A stretch of DNA of 53,823 nt from Chthonomonadales bacterium (GTDB lineage: Bacteria; Armatimonadota; Chthonomonadetes; Chthonomonadales; Chthonomonadaceae), in assembly GCA_038217285.1 (NCBI GenBank), contig JBBQPO010000006.1:1-53823 (forward strand). Direction: 5' to 3'. Position numbers and translations under genes: made by a program. A model generated the notes under the pieces. That model did no database searches and was not told the DNA's origin. It saw only the letters and a list, made by a program, of their open reading frames with translations. Positions 39,039 through 48,972 of this stretch are shown here, piece after piece; positions within the stretch are counted from its first letter, which is position 1, and each line of letters begins with the position of its first letter.

Positions 39039-39476
39039 TCAAGACTGCGGGCGGGTGGCGCGATAGATAAAGAACGCCGGAACCACGATGACAGCCCAGA
39101 GGACGCACCAGACCGGCAGACTGATATTGGCCCAGTTCACGTTGCCCGTGTCGCCCAGGTGGTCTGTCTTGGCGCTCGAATATCCGAGGAGGATGCAGAT
39201 CAGGATGACCCCGGACCACACCAGACCGATCCACTTGGACAGAATATTGACCGGACCAGGCTGGCGCTCGGAGGAAGAGATCTGCACGTATGGCGGCGGG
39301 TACGGGCCGGAATAGGGAGTTATCTGGGCGAACGGTCGCCTCGGGGAGTCGGCAGGCGCTTCACTCCAGGGCTTTGGTGGCTCCAGGGCCTTTGCAGCCT
39401 TAGCGGCGCATGGCGCGCACTCATGTGCCGACGACAACAGTGCAGCTCCGCATGTTGGACAATCCATAAGCATCAA
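39039..39476 (-). CDS. Zinc-ribbon membrane protein
   Basis: CPTC...CAPC N-terminus, two TM helices. Confidence 0.65.
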   Translation of the reverse strand: MMLMDCPTCGAALLSSAHECAPCAAKAAKALEPPKPWSEAPADSPRRPFAQITPYSGPYPPPYVQISSSERQPGPVNILSKWIGLVWSGVILICILLGYSSAKTDHLGDTGNVNWANISLPVWCVLWAVIVVPAFFIYRATRPQS

Positions 39477-39589
39477 GCCTCTTTCTCTGGTTTGGCCCTA
39501 TTCCACTGCCTACCATCGAAATCCTGCAGACGCACCCTCGATTTTTCGGCTACAATGAGAGCCACTGAACATTCCAAGGGAGTTCCTGT

Positions 39590-42205
39590 ATGCAAAAGGT
39601 TTTCACTCTTTTCGTCTGCTGTCTGATCTGTGGTTTCGGCGTGAGCCATGCTGCCCCGCCGATGACGCCGCCGCCGGTACACACGACACCCGTAGATCCG
39701 GACGATCCCGCCGACGAGGAGCGCCTGAACCGCGAGTTATGGGAAAGCATCAAGGGCACTCCCTATGCAGCGGTGAAAGATCGAATAGCACGGGCTCAGA
39801 AGACGGTGCAGACGGGCGTCGCGGAGTTTACGCTGCCGAATGGCTGGCGGCTCGCTCCAGCCGGTACGTCCGTCGGGGTGGGGCGCTTTCCCTACGAGGC
39901 CATCGCCTACGCCGGACATATCGTGGTCCTCAATACCGGCTACTATACCGGGCAGGACAGACCGGAGGTTTCTGTCATCGATCCCGCGACGAACACGGTC
40001 ACCCAGACCCTCCACGTCGATTTCCTCTTCCCCTCCGCGCAGGTCGGAGCGGACGGCGACCTCTATCTGAGCGGAGGCTTCAGCAAGCAGGTGATTCGGG
40101 TCAACAGCCGCTTCGAGGTCGTTCGCACCTATTCCGTGGGGGGGTATACGGGCGCGCTGTCTGCGCTCGACGCGACTCATCTGGCGGTCACCTATCTGGT
40201 TGCCGCCGACACGCCCGAAGATTTTGCGACGGGTAAGTTTACGCAGGGTCGATTGGCGATCTTGAACACGCAGACCGGCGCGGTCGAACAGGAAATTTCG
40301 ACGGGCTACTTTCCCTATGCTCTTCACCTGACAAATGGCAAACTCTATGTCGCCGTGAAAGGCGAGAATACGGTTGAGGTGTTCTCACCGCAGTTGAGGC
40401 GGCTCAAAACCGTCTCCGTAGGGCGTTCGCCCCAGGCGCTCGCCTCGGACGGCAATCGTCTCTATGTCGTCAATGCCAATGACGACACCGTCTCGGTGCT
40501 GGACACCCGAAAGGATGGGGTCATCGCTACCCTCAATCTGCGCGGTGCCAGGACCCGCTTCGGAGGCGCGCCGACCTCCTGCGCGGTCCAGGGGGACCGC
40601 CTCTATGTTACGGAGGCCAACCTCAACGCCATCGCCGTCGTGGACACTCGCACCCATCGGCATCTCGGAGACATCCCCACCGGATGGTACCCGACGAAAG
40701 TGCTCCTGGATCACGATCGTCTCTTCGCCCTCAGCGCCAAGGGCATCCGTGCGCGCAGGCCCAACCCGCGCGGCCCGCAGCCGGGGTCGGATGGTCGCGG
40801 CGGACCCGATTACGTCCTGACCCTGCTGCAGGGAGCGTTGGCGTCTCTCCCACGGCAGGAGATCGATGCGAATCTGAAGACATGGACGCAACAGGTCCAC
40901 GCCGGATCTCCGCTGTTCAGTCCGGCGACCGGTCTGCACCTGCCGATCCGCCACATCTTCTATATCGTGCGCGAGAACCGCACCTACGATCAGGTGATGG
41001 GGGACATCGCCGGCGCGAACGGCGATCCCACGCTGACCCTGTTCGGACAGGAGGTAACGCCCAACGCGCACCGGCTGGCCCACGAGTTCGTCACCCTCGA
41101 CAACTACTATGCCGACGGCGAGATCAGCGTTCTCGGGCACAGTTTCACGACCAGCGGCTACGCCAGCCCGTTTCTGGAGTGGCTCGGCAACGCGGCCTAC
41201 TCCGGCAAGTACCGCGGCTACCCGTTCGGCACCGTGCCCGCCGTCACCTCACCGTCTTACCTGTGGGATGCCCTGGACGCGCGTCATGTCGACTACCGCA
41301 TCTACGGCGAAAACTACTTCCTCTATACCCGCGGCTACAAGATCATTCAGGAGACCTTCGGGCCCGACAGCGAAATGGCCCACAAATTTTCCGCGCAGAT
41401 GATGACGCTCTCCTCGCAGGCCGACCGGGGCAACGCCTTCTACCAGTTCGCGCACACCTACGCGGGGCAGGCCACGACCGCGCCCGCCGCGCGGAAGCTA
41501 CTGGACAATCCGGACTTCGTGCAGCCGCTCTCCCAGTTTCTCTGCGGCGACCAGAGCCTGGCGGCGGCCCTGGCCGCGCAACCCGGCCTGAAACGCAGGT
41601 TTGCCGAGTATCTGGCTCGCTATCCGTTCGCGTACCGTTCGTGGGACCTCAGCGTCTCCGACCTGGACCGGGCGCAGGCGTGGAAAGTCGATTTTGAACA
41701 ACAGTTAGCGCGGGGTAAAGTGGCCCAACTCCACTATCTCTGGCTGCCCAACGACCACACCGCTGGCGCAGCCACGGTTCCGCTCCCTCCGACCCAACTG
41801 GTCGCGCAGAACGATGCCGCCCTCGGCCGCATCGTCGAGACCATTGCCAACAGTCCGATCTGGAACGAGAGCCTGATTCTCGTTACCGAAGACGACGCCC
41901 AGAACGGGCCGGATCATGTCGACGCCACCCGTACCGTCGCCCTCGCGATCGGGCCGTCGGTCAAGCGCGGCATGGTAGTCCATGACCGTTACGATCAGCT
42001 CAGCCTGCTTCGAACCATCGAACTCATCCTGGGGCTTTCGCCACTGCATCGCGGCGATGCTCTGGCCGTTCCGATGCTGAGTATTTTCAACGAGACGCCC
42101 GATGTCGGACTGCCCGCCGCGCCGCAGCCCTCGTCGCAACTCTCCGAAGCGGATCGCGCGCGTTTTGATCGGTTCCATGTGTCTCCGAACAGGCCGACAC
42201 CATGA
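39590..42205 (+). CDS. YncE-type beta-propeller / alkaline-phosphatase-superfamily phosphoesterase fusion
   Basis: YVTN-like repeats (LYVVNANDDTVSVLD); HIFYIVRENRTYDQVMGD, LPNDHT, EDDAQNGPDHVD. Confidence 0.88.
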   Translation: MQKVFTLFVCCLICGFGVSHAAPPMTPPPVHTTPVDPDDPADEERLNRELWESIKGTPYAAVKDRIARAQKTVQTGVAEFTLPNGWRLAPAGTSVGVGRFPYEAIAYAGHIVVLNTGYYTGQDRPEVSVIDPATNTVTQTLHVDFLFPSAQVGADGDLYLSGGFSKQVIRVNSRFEVVRTYSVGGYTGALSALDATHLAVTYLVAADTPEDFATGKFTQGRLAILNTQTGAVEQEISTGYFPYALHLTNGKLYVAVKGENTVEVFSPQLRRLKTVSVGRSPQALASDGNRLYVVNANDDTVSVLDTRKDGVIATLNLRGARTRFGGAPTSCAVQGDRLYVTEANLNAIAVVDTRTHRHLGDIPTGWYPTKVLLDHDRLFALSAKGIRARRPNPRGPQPGSDGRGGPDYVLTLLQGALASLPRQEIDANLKTWTQQVHAGSPLFSPATGLHLPIRHIFYIVRENRTYDQVMGDIAGANGDPTLTLFGQEVTPNAHRLAHEFVTLDNYYADGEISVLGHSFTTSGYASPFLEWLGNAAYSGKYRGYPFGTVPAVTSPSYLWDALDARHVDYRIYGENYFLYTRGYKIIQETFGPDSEMAHKFSAQMMTLSSQADRGNAFYQFAHTYAGQATTAPAARKLLDNPDFVQPLSQFLCGDQSLAAALAAQPGLKRRFAEYLARYPFAYRSWDLSVSDLDRAQAWKVDFEQQLARGKVAQLHYLWLPNDHTAGAATVPLPPTQLVAQNDAALGRIVETIANSPIWNESLILVTEDDAQNGPDHVDATRTVALAIGPSVKRGMVVHDRYDQLSLLRTIELILGLSPLHRGDALAVPMLSIFNETPDVGLPAAPQPSSQLSEADRARFDRFHVSPNRPTP

Positions 42206-42230
42206 TGTTTCCCTAAATCCGCGCACCATA

Positions 42231-42263
42231 AAGGCCCCGTTGAGACAGATTCAACGGGGCCTT
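42231..42263. terminator. Intrinsic terminator
   Basis: AAGGCCCCGTTGA-GACAGAT-TCAACGGGGCCTT. Confidence 0.75.
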
Positions 42264-42291
42264 GCAGGGACATTCGCCGGACGCCGGGCGA

Positions 42292-42693
42292 TCAGGCCAC
42301 TTTGCGTACAATCTTCGGATCTACGTACAGGGCGCCCGCGCGAACGGACTGAATGGCCAGCATCAGGACGTCGAACCCGGAATCCTTGCCTATGTAGCCA
42401 TTGGCTCCCATTTTGAGGGCGGCTTCTACATATTGGCTGTCGGAATGGTTGGAGAGAATGATGATCTGAACCGCGTTCTTTTCGTCCCGCAGGTGGCGCA
42501 GCACTTCCAAACCGTTCATCTCCGGCATATTGATATCCAACAGAAGGAGATCAGGACAGAGGGCATGCACAGCTTCGAGCGCCAGAAGGCCATTGCCCGC
42601 TTCGCCAATGACCTCGACTTGTGGTTCACACTCCATTAAAAGCCGCAGTCCTTTGCGTACGAGCGGATGGTCATCGACAATAATCGTCTTCAT
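42292..42693 (-). CDS. NarL-type receiver domain protein without HTH
   Basis: IVDDH, LDINMPEMNG, ILSNH, YIGK; ends right after the YVDP linker. Confidence 0.85.
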   Translation of the reverse strand: MKTIIVDDHPLVRKGLRLLMECEPQVEVIGEAGNGLLALEAVHALCPDLLLLDINMPEMNGLEVLRHLRDEKNAVQIIILSNHSDSQYVEAALKMGANGYIGKDSGFDVLMLAIQSVRAGALYVDPKIVRKVA

Positions 42694-42930
42694 AGGGATC
42701 ACGTTCCCTCCCTCAATTTCCGTCCTGTGGCTATTACAACTTTCTGCTTCACTATATTCTACCATCGCCGATACCGTCTGTCTATAAGGGAAACTACGTA
42801 AGTTACTGCGTGTTATCCCGTATATCTCGGTGCCCGTCAACGGCTCTACGGCCTCATTCCTGGATAGGAGCGGGTAAAATACGGGAGCAGACGAAGCCGG
42901 AAGTCTACACTGTTGTTGGAAGGAAGAGAC

Positions 42931-44001
42931 ATGGCCGAAAGTATCCATAATACCTGGACCTGGGTGCGCGCTGAAATAGGCGTTGGCGTGTTGTCACTGC
43001 TTCTGCTGATCGTGCCGCTCTTTCTGGGATTGCGCCGTCGTCTGCGGCCCAAGCACGGCTGGAACACCTTCGCAGAGGAGTTCGACGAGTCTGCAGATGG
43101 GGTATTTGAGGTAAAGAGAAAGCCGCATCCGGTACTGGAATGGGCCTTCTGGCCGCTGTTATTTCTGGGGGTGAGCGGGCTATGGATCGGCATAAGAGGA
43201 GCGAAAACCTTGCAGTATGTCGAACGGGGCAACGAACTCTGTTTCGGTTCTCAGTTCCCAAAAGCCCTTCTCTGGTATCGAAAAGCGCTGGAGTACGACC
43301 CGGACTCCGCTCAGGCGCACCATGGCGTTGGCAACGTGTTTCTGGAGCAGGGAAACCGGGATGCAGCGCTCCACGAATTCGAGGAAGCTGTTCGCTGCGA
43401 ACCTGGGAACGCAATCTATCATAGAGATCTCGCCGTTCTCTGGATGCAGTACGGCAATTCGGAGGACGCCGTACTGGAGTACTATCGTGCGACGGCTCTC
43501 GGTCCAGAATCGGGCGATATTCACGCGGAATTTGCCCGACTGTTGGTGGCGAAGGGTAAGATAGACGAGGCCGTCTTACAGTATCGCATCGCGATCCGGT
43601 ATAGTCACGACACAGCGCCTCTGCACTACGATTTGGCCAATGCCCTCTTGATTCAGGGGAAAACAGACGCGGCGCTGGAACAGTATTCTATCTTCATCGA
43701 CCTCAATCCCCGTAATGCACAGGCCAATAACAATTACGGCGTCCTCCTCTACAGCCTGAAGCGCTTTCCTGCCGCCGCGACGGCGTTTCGCAAAGCGACG
43801 ACATTTGACAACCTGTATGCGGAGGCGTACTTCAACCTGGGGCGAGCGGAGCAGAAGCTAGGGCATTCTGGAGAGGCCATCAAAGCCTATAGCGCTTTTC
43901 TGCCTCTCGGGGAGAAATCTTCGCAATATGCCCCGTCGGTCATTGCGGCCGGAAAACAGCTTCATATCCTCAACCCGCGACTTTTCCCTGACAAAAACTA
44001 A
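42931..44001 (+). CDS. Membrane-anchored TPR-repeat protein
   Basis: Two N-terminal TM segments followed by about 7 TPRs (AHHGVGNVF, NNNYGVLL, AYFNLGRA). Confidence 0.85.
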   Translation: MAESIHNTWTWVRAEIGVGVLSLLLLIVPLFLGLRRRLRPKHGWNTFAEEFDESADGVFEVKRKPHPVLEWAFWPLLFLGVSGLWIGIRGAKTLQYVERGNELCFGSQFPKALLWYRKALEYDPDSAQAHHGVGNVFLEQGNRDAALHEFEEAVRCEPGNAIYHRDLAVLWMQYGNSEDAVLEYYRATALGPESGDIHAEFARLLVAKGKIDEAVLQYRIAIRYSHDTAPLHYDLANALLIQGKTDAALEQYSIFIDLNPRNAQANNNYGVLLYSLKRFPAAATAFRKATTFDNLYAEAYFNLGRAEQKLGHSGEAIKAYSAFLPLGEKSSQYAPSVIAAGKQLHILNPRLFPDKN

Positions 44002-44052
44002 GGCGATCACCAGAGGACGGTTTACGGTAGCCCATTTTCTCGGCAACAAAAA

Positions 44053-44089
44053 AGCCTTCCCACCTCATTCTGATGAGGCGGGAAGGCTG
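44053..44089. terminator. Terminator between convergent genes
   Basis: AGCCTTCCCACCTCA...TGAGGCGGGAAGGCT preceded by an A-tract. Confidence 0.7.
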
Positions 44090-44107
44090 TTGGAGGCGGC
44101 TCGGGAT

Positions 44108-44932
44108 TTAGCTTTTCTTGCGGCGACGGCGTCGGATACAGTAGGCGCCGGATACGGCGAGCCCGATGAGCATACCGACCGTTCCCGGTTCGGGGGTCGC
44201 GGCGGCTCGTACCGTGATATATTTGTTGACCCCACCTACCGACTGCGCGCCGGAGCCGACTGCGAAGTAGACGTTGGAGAGCTGGGACGTCGAAGCCAGG
44301 CCACTGCCGAAACCACTGAGGGTGAGCAGCACTTCATTATTAATTACCAGTATGTCGTTGCCGTTGATGTTGTTGGCGGTGTTCGGACGGATGGTGTAAT
44401 CGTCGGCGCCACCGCCGAGTCCAAATCCGCTGAAAGAGTACTCCGGCGTCGCCCCGCTGTTGGAGTATCCTGTCGAGTTGACGCCATAGTTGTGTTGGGT
44501 ACTCGTGAGGGCTCGGAAATCTCCGAAGGCAAAGGATCCGTTCACCGTCTGATCCAAAGGTACGGTTCCGTCGGCGCCATGCGTAAGTTTGCTCTTCTGT
44601 CCACTGTCTGGGGTTCCGACCAGGGCGGTCGTGACGCCTGTCGAGTCGTTGGCGGGCCTGCTGGTTACTCCGGAAAGATCGAAAAACACGCCGCTTAACA
44701 GGTCTCCACGCGTATTTGTTCCCGTGATGCGGTTGGTCAGCTTAATCTGCAACTGACTGATGGAGGTACCGGGATGGAGCACCGTGAATTCTGCGGCGAA
44801 GCTGAGCGCATCGCCCGTCGAAGCGTTTGTCCCCGTACCGTTGTAGGAAGTCAGCAGTTGTGCGGACGCGTCCAGGTTGGAAGTTACCAGGAAGAGAAGT
44901 CCGAACAAGAAGCTGAATTGCCAAAATTTCAT
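44108..44932 (-). CDS. PEP-CTERM sorting-domain protein
   Basis: Signal peptide; S/T/G-rich body; TPEPGT, TM helix and RRRRRKK tail. Confidence 0.9.
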   Translation of the reverse strand: MKFWQFSFLFGLLFLVTSNLDASAQLLTSYNGTGTNASTGDALSFAAEFTVLHPGTSISQLQIKLTNRITGTNTRGDLLSGVFFDLSGVTSRPANDSTGVTTALVGTPDSGQKSKLTHGADGTVPLDQTVNGSFAFGDFRALTSTQHNYGVNSTGYSNSGATPEYSFSGFGLGGGADDYTIRPNTANNINGNDILVINNEVLLTLSGFGSGLASTSQLSNVYFAVGSGAQSVGGVNKYITVRAAATPEPGTVGMLIGLAVSGAYCIRRRRRKKS

Positions 44933-45115
44933 AGAGTTGAGAATGCCTTACTGACTGCAGACTATAGGAGATCGGAGACGATCCCGCGTGAACGAACTTG
45001 ATATAGATAGTCTACCGTGAAGGTCCGCAAGCGTATATTGGGAAATGTACGTATCTTTGCACGTACAATCCCGTATATCTCCGCGTTTGCCAGGGGAAGG
45101 TAAAGGGCAGCACGA

Positions 45116-46588
45116 ATGCACGACGGTACCAAAGAAAATTCCGAGCCTGACCAGGCCCTGCGCCTGGGCGAAGATCTATTTCGCACTGCCTTCGCCCAGG
45201 CGGCTATCGGGATGGCGCTGACAGACATCCAGGGGAGGTTTCTACAGGTCAATCCGGCCTATGGCGCGATCACCGGTTATGCCGAGAAGGATCTGCGGTT
45301 TCTGGATCACGTCAGCATCTCCTACGCCGCTGACCGCTCGCGTACCCTGGAACGGATCGACCGGATGCTGGCCGGCATTACGCCGGGTTTCGTCATCGAG
45401 CAGCGCTACGTCCGTAAAGATGGAACGTTGATATGGGTTCAGAACAGTGTCTCTGTGATCCACGACAGCGAAGGCCAGCCTCGCAACATCCTGGTGCTGT
45501 CCGAGGATATCACCGGGCGCAAGCAGGCGCAAGTCGCGCTGGCGATTTCGGAAGCGCGTGCGCGCCGCATTTCCGACGCCAATGTTGTCGGCGTGATCCA
45601 CTGGAACCTCGATACCAGCCTCATCACCAGTGCGAACGATCTGTTTCTCGATATGGTGGGCTATACACGCCAGGATCTAGCGGGGGGGCTGCTGAACTGG
45701 CAGCAGATGACGCCGCCGGAATGGAGCGAACGCAACGAGATAGGCATCGCGGAAATCCGGTTTCGCCGCCACGGCTCCCCTTACGAGAAGGAGTATTTCC
45801 GCAAGGATGGCAGCCGGGTGCCCATTATCATTGGAGGGGCGCTGTTCGACGACTCGAACAAGGAAGGATTCTCTTTGGTTCTCGACATCTCCGAGCAGAA
45901 ACGTGTCGAAAACGCATTGCGTGTCAGTATCGTGGAGCGGGGGCAGCATCTACGCCAGATCGAAGAGCTTAATGAACGCCTGAAGCGCTCCATTCAGGAG
46001 ACGCACCACCGGGTGAAGAACAACCTCCAGGTTATCAGCGCTCTGGTGGAGCTGCAGGTGGATGAAGCGAAGGATCACGTTCCGGTGGCCGCCATGACGC
46101 GGATCGGCCAGCATACGCGCTCCCTGGCAGCCATCCACGATCTTCTGACCCAGCAGGCCAAATCCGACGCGCAAACCGATTCTCTCTCCAGTCGAGTCGT
46201 GTTGGACAGGCTCATTCCTCTCCTGGAGTCCACGGCGGGAGGCCGACGCATACGCTACGAGGCGGACGATTTGCGGCTGCCGGTCGGCGTGGGCGCCTCC
46301 CTGGCGTCGTTGGTCTCCGAGATCGTCAGCAACGCGGTCAAGCATGGGCAAAGCGACATTGAAGTGACGCTGACGGTGGAAGCCGATACGGTCTGTCTGG
46401 AGGTCTGCGATGACGGCCCCGGTTTCCCGGCCGGCTTTGACTGGCAGGTTGCGGCGAACACCGGGATGGAGCTGATAGACAGCGTTGCGCGTTACGATCT
46501 GCGGGGCAGCGTCGCCTATGAGAATCGTCTGGAAGGGGGAGGGAGAGTTGTGGTGAGGTTCCCTTGCTCGACTCTGGAGTTCGAATAG
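45116..46588 (+). CDS. PAS-PAS sensor histidine kinase (HisKA_2 type)
   Basis: Two PAS/PAC domains (RKDG); ETHHRVKNNLQ; SNAVKHG; DDGPG. Confidence 0.92.
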   Translation: MHDGTKENSEPDQALRLGEDLFRTAFAQAAIGMALTDIQGRFLQVNPAYGAITGYAEKDLRFLDHVSISYAADRSRTLERIDRMLAGITPGFVIEQRYVRKDGTLIWVQNSVSVIHDSEGQPRNILVLSEDITGRKQAQVALAISEARARRISDANVVGVIHWNLDTSLITSANDLFLDMVGYTRQDLAGGLLNWQQMTPPEWSERNEIGIAEIRFRRHGSPYEKEYFRKDGSRVPIIIGGALFDDSNKEGFSLVLDISEQKRVENALRVSIVERGQHLRQIEELNERLKRSIQETHHRVKNNLQVISALVELQVDEAKDHVPVAAMTRIGQHTRSLAAIHDLLTQQAKSDAQTDSLSSRVVLDRLIPLLESTAGGRRIRYEADDLRLPVGVGASLASLVSEIVSNAVKHGQSDIEVTLTVEADTVCLEVCDDGPGFPAGFDWQVAANTGMELIDSVARYDLRGSVAYENRLEGGGRVVVRFPCSTLEFE

Positions 46589-46742
46589 GGGATGCACCCT
46601 TCGACCAGTTGGGAACCGGAAACGGCGGTGATTGCGGATAACGAATCGGGCTGGCTTTCGTCCATCACGATAGGACTTCCGCACTGCGGGAGGATGCCGA
46701 AGCAGCCGGGGATGTCGCGGAGCAGAAAGACAGGCAGCAGTC

Positions 46743-48011
46743 ATGAACGTACTGGAGTGTTTGCGCGTTGCGCTGCGCGGACTGACGAACAATAAGATGC
46801 GGACGGCCCTGACGATGCTGGGCATTATCATCGGTGTCGGCGTCGTCATCCTCGTCGTCGCCATCGGCCAGGGCGCGACCAAGCAGGTGACGGACACCGT
46901 CAACTCGCTGGGAACCAACCTTCTGACCGTCTCTTCCAACCGCAACCGTCTGCGCGTGGGTACGGCCATATCGCGCACGTCGGTCACTTCCACGGCGGCC
47001 TCCGGCGGCGGACCCACCAACCGGCTCACGCTGGACGACGTCAAAATGATCGCCTCGCATTTTACCAAGACGGTGGACGCGGTCGCGCCGCAGATCGATT
47101 CCGGCGTTCAGATCCGGTTGGGCAGCATCGACGCGAGCACTCAGGTGATCGGCACCTCGCTGGACTACCCTTATATCAAGAACGTGGAGGTCGCCAAAGG
47201 GCGCTATTTCACGCAGGAGGAGCTGGACGGCAGTCAGAAGGTCTGCGTGGTGGGGCCGACCATCGCCGATCATCTGCTTGGCGATGCGACGGCCGACATG
47301 ACCGGCAAGACGATCACCATCAATCGGCAGAGCTTCCAGGTGTTGGGGATGCTCGCTCCGAAAGGCGCGACCTCGTGGGGCCAGGATCAGGACGATGTGA
47401 TTATTATTCCGGTCACCACGGCCATGCGCCGGGTATTGAACCGGCAGTTCCTCAATGACATTCTGATCCGCTGCAAGACACCCGAGATGATGCCGCTGGC
47501 GCAGGAGGAGATCTCGGTGTTTCTGCGCAATCGCCACCACCTGACGCCGCCGTTCCCAGACAACGACGACTTCCGCATCCAGAGTCAGTCCGAACTGCTC
47601 CAGACCCAGCAGAGCGTCACGGGCACGATGACGATGCTGCTCAGCAGCGTGGCCGTGATCTCTCTGATCGTTGGTGGGATCGGTATCATGAACATCATGC
47701 TGGTTTCTGTCACCGAACGCACTCGGGAGATCGGCATTCGCAAAGCCATCGGCGCGACGCCGCGTGACATCCTGATGCAGTTTCTGATCGAGTCGGCGAT
47801 CATCTCGGTGCTCGGCGGTCTGATCGGAATCGTCATTGGGGTCACAGGCTCGATACTGCTGGCGAAGATCGGCGGCTGGACCACCATCGTGAGCACGACA
47901 GCGATCATCGTGGCCGTGGTCGTCTCGGCGGGCATTGGGATCTTCTTCGGCATCTATCCGGCGAGCAAAGCGGCGGCCCTGCATCCCATCGACGCCTTGC
48001 GGTATGAGTAG
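46743..48011 (+). CDS. MacB/FtsX-family ABC transporter permease
   Basis: RTALTMLGIIIGV; GGIGIMNIMLVSVTERTREIGIRKAIGA; PIDALRYE. Confidence 0.93.
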   Translation: MNVLECLRVALRGLTNNKMRTALTMLGIIIGVGVVILVVAIGQGATKQVTDTVNSLGTNLLTVSSNRNRLRVGTAISRTSVTSTAASGGGPTNRLTLDDVKMIASHFTKTVDAVAPQIDSGVQIRLGSIDASTQVIGTSLDYPYIKNVEVAKGRYFTQEELDGSQKVCVVGPTIADHLLGDATADMTGKTITINRQSFQVLGMLAPKGATSWGQDQDDVIIIPVTTAMRRVLNRQFLNDILIRCKTPEMMPLAQEEISVFLRNRHHLTPPFPDNDDFRIQSQSELLQTQQSVTGTMTMLLSSVAVISLIVGGIGIMNIMLVSVTERTREIGIRKAIGATPRDILMQFLIESAIISVLGGLIGIVIGVTGSILLAKIGGWTTIVSTTAIIVAVVVSAGIGIFFGIYPASKAAALHPIDALRYE

Positions 48012-48192
48012 AGTGCGTTATTCTCAAGGCACGAATACGGCGGGAACTGCGGAGACCTTCCCCCCGTCTGCTCTACAAGCGGCCTCGGATAAGCCGCTGA
48101 CGAATATAGGAGCGAGGCGTTGGCGTCGCAGGAGCCAGGAGGCTTTGCGGACAACGACGCCCCGAACCTCCTTCGAAAATGGAAAAAGGATT

Positions 48193-48576
48193 ATGAAAAC
48201 CAAAATAGGCATTGGAGTGGCTATAGCGAGTATAGCGGCGGTGCTGACTATGGGCGCAGTGGCCCCGGCCTCCGCCGGACAGAAAGACGATTACGCCCGT
48301 CGCTATCACAACGACAACCAGGGCAAGGGTCAGGCGGCGCGTCGGAAGTGGCAGAAAGCTCATTACCATAGCCATCCGCCCGGCAATGCCTACGGCTGGA
48401 ACCATAACGGTAAAAACGGCACCAACTGGATCAAATACCCCCTCGGCAACAACCGCTATCACATTGGTACCGGGAACTACGGCAATGGTAAAGGCAACAG
48501 TGGTAACAACAATGACGACCACCGCGGGCACGACGACCAGGACAACGGCAAAAAACGCCACGATAAGGATAAGTAG
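48193..48576 (+). CDS. Secreted low-complexity G/N/H/D-rich protein
   Basis: AAGGA RBS; signal peptide ending ASA; HPPGNAYGW motif. Confidence 0.7.
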   Translation: MKTKIGIGVAIASIAAVLTMGAVAPASAGQKDDYARRYHNDNQGKGQAARRKWQKAHYHSHPPGNAYGWNHNGKNGTNWIKYPLGNNRYHIGTGNYGNGKGNSGNNNDDHRGHDDQDNGKKRHDKDK

Positions 48577-48617
48577 GGTGGCGCAGATCGCTCACACTAA
48601 TCAGCAGTGATCGCCGA

Positions 48618-48658
48618 GCATAAGGGCGCAGGCACCGAGGGTGTCTGCGCCCTTATGC
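48618..48658 (+). terminator. Long stem-loop, insertion-site hairpin of the group IIC intron
   Basis: GCATAAGGGCGCAGGCACC-GAG-GGTGTCTGCGCCCTTATGC, ending 3 nt before the intron 5' end. Confidence 0.75.
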
Positions 48659-48661
48659 GTA

Positions 48662-48972
48662 GTACGCCGGGCCTGCGCCCGTTCTCGGAGGTGTAAGTCC
48701 TCTGCGGGGGAGGGAACCCCCACCGCTAAGCAAAGGCAAGGGCGTCTCCGCCAGGAGGGGTCTGAAAGAAGCCTGCGCCACAGTAACGACCTGACGAACA
48801 GAAACTCGTTACAAGGCGTTTGCAGGAGTGCTGAGGTTCTTACGGCATAATCAATATCAGAAATCGCGCATAAAATCGTACAACGGGGGTTAAGTGCAGC
48901 GAACTACCGTATGCGGACCGGCAGGTATGGTGGTGTGGGAGGCGGGGCCAGCGAAGTCTCCGCCTACTCGAT
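48662..48972 (+). mobile_element. ORF-less, internally deleted group IIC intron remnant
   Basis: 5' GTACGCCGGGC; domain I motifs GGTGTAAGTCC, GGCAAGGGCGTC, TCTGAAAGAAGCC, CTGACGAACA; domain V-like AACTACCGTATGCGGACCGGCAGGTATGGTGGTGT; domain VI ending CTACTCGAT; no RT ORF. Confidence 0.85.
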
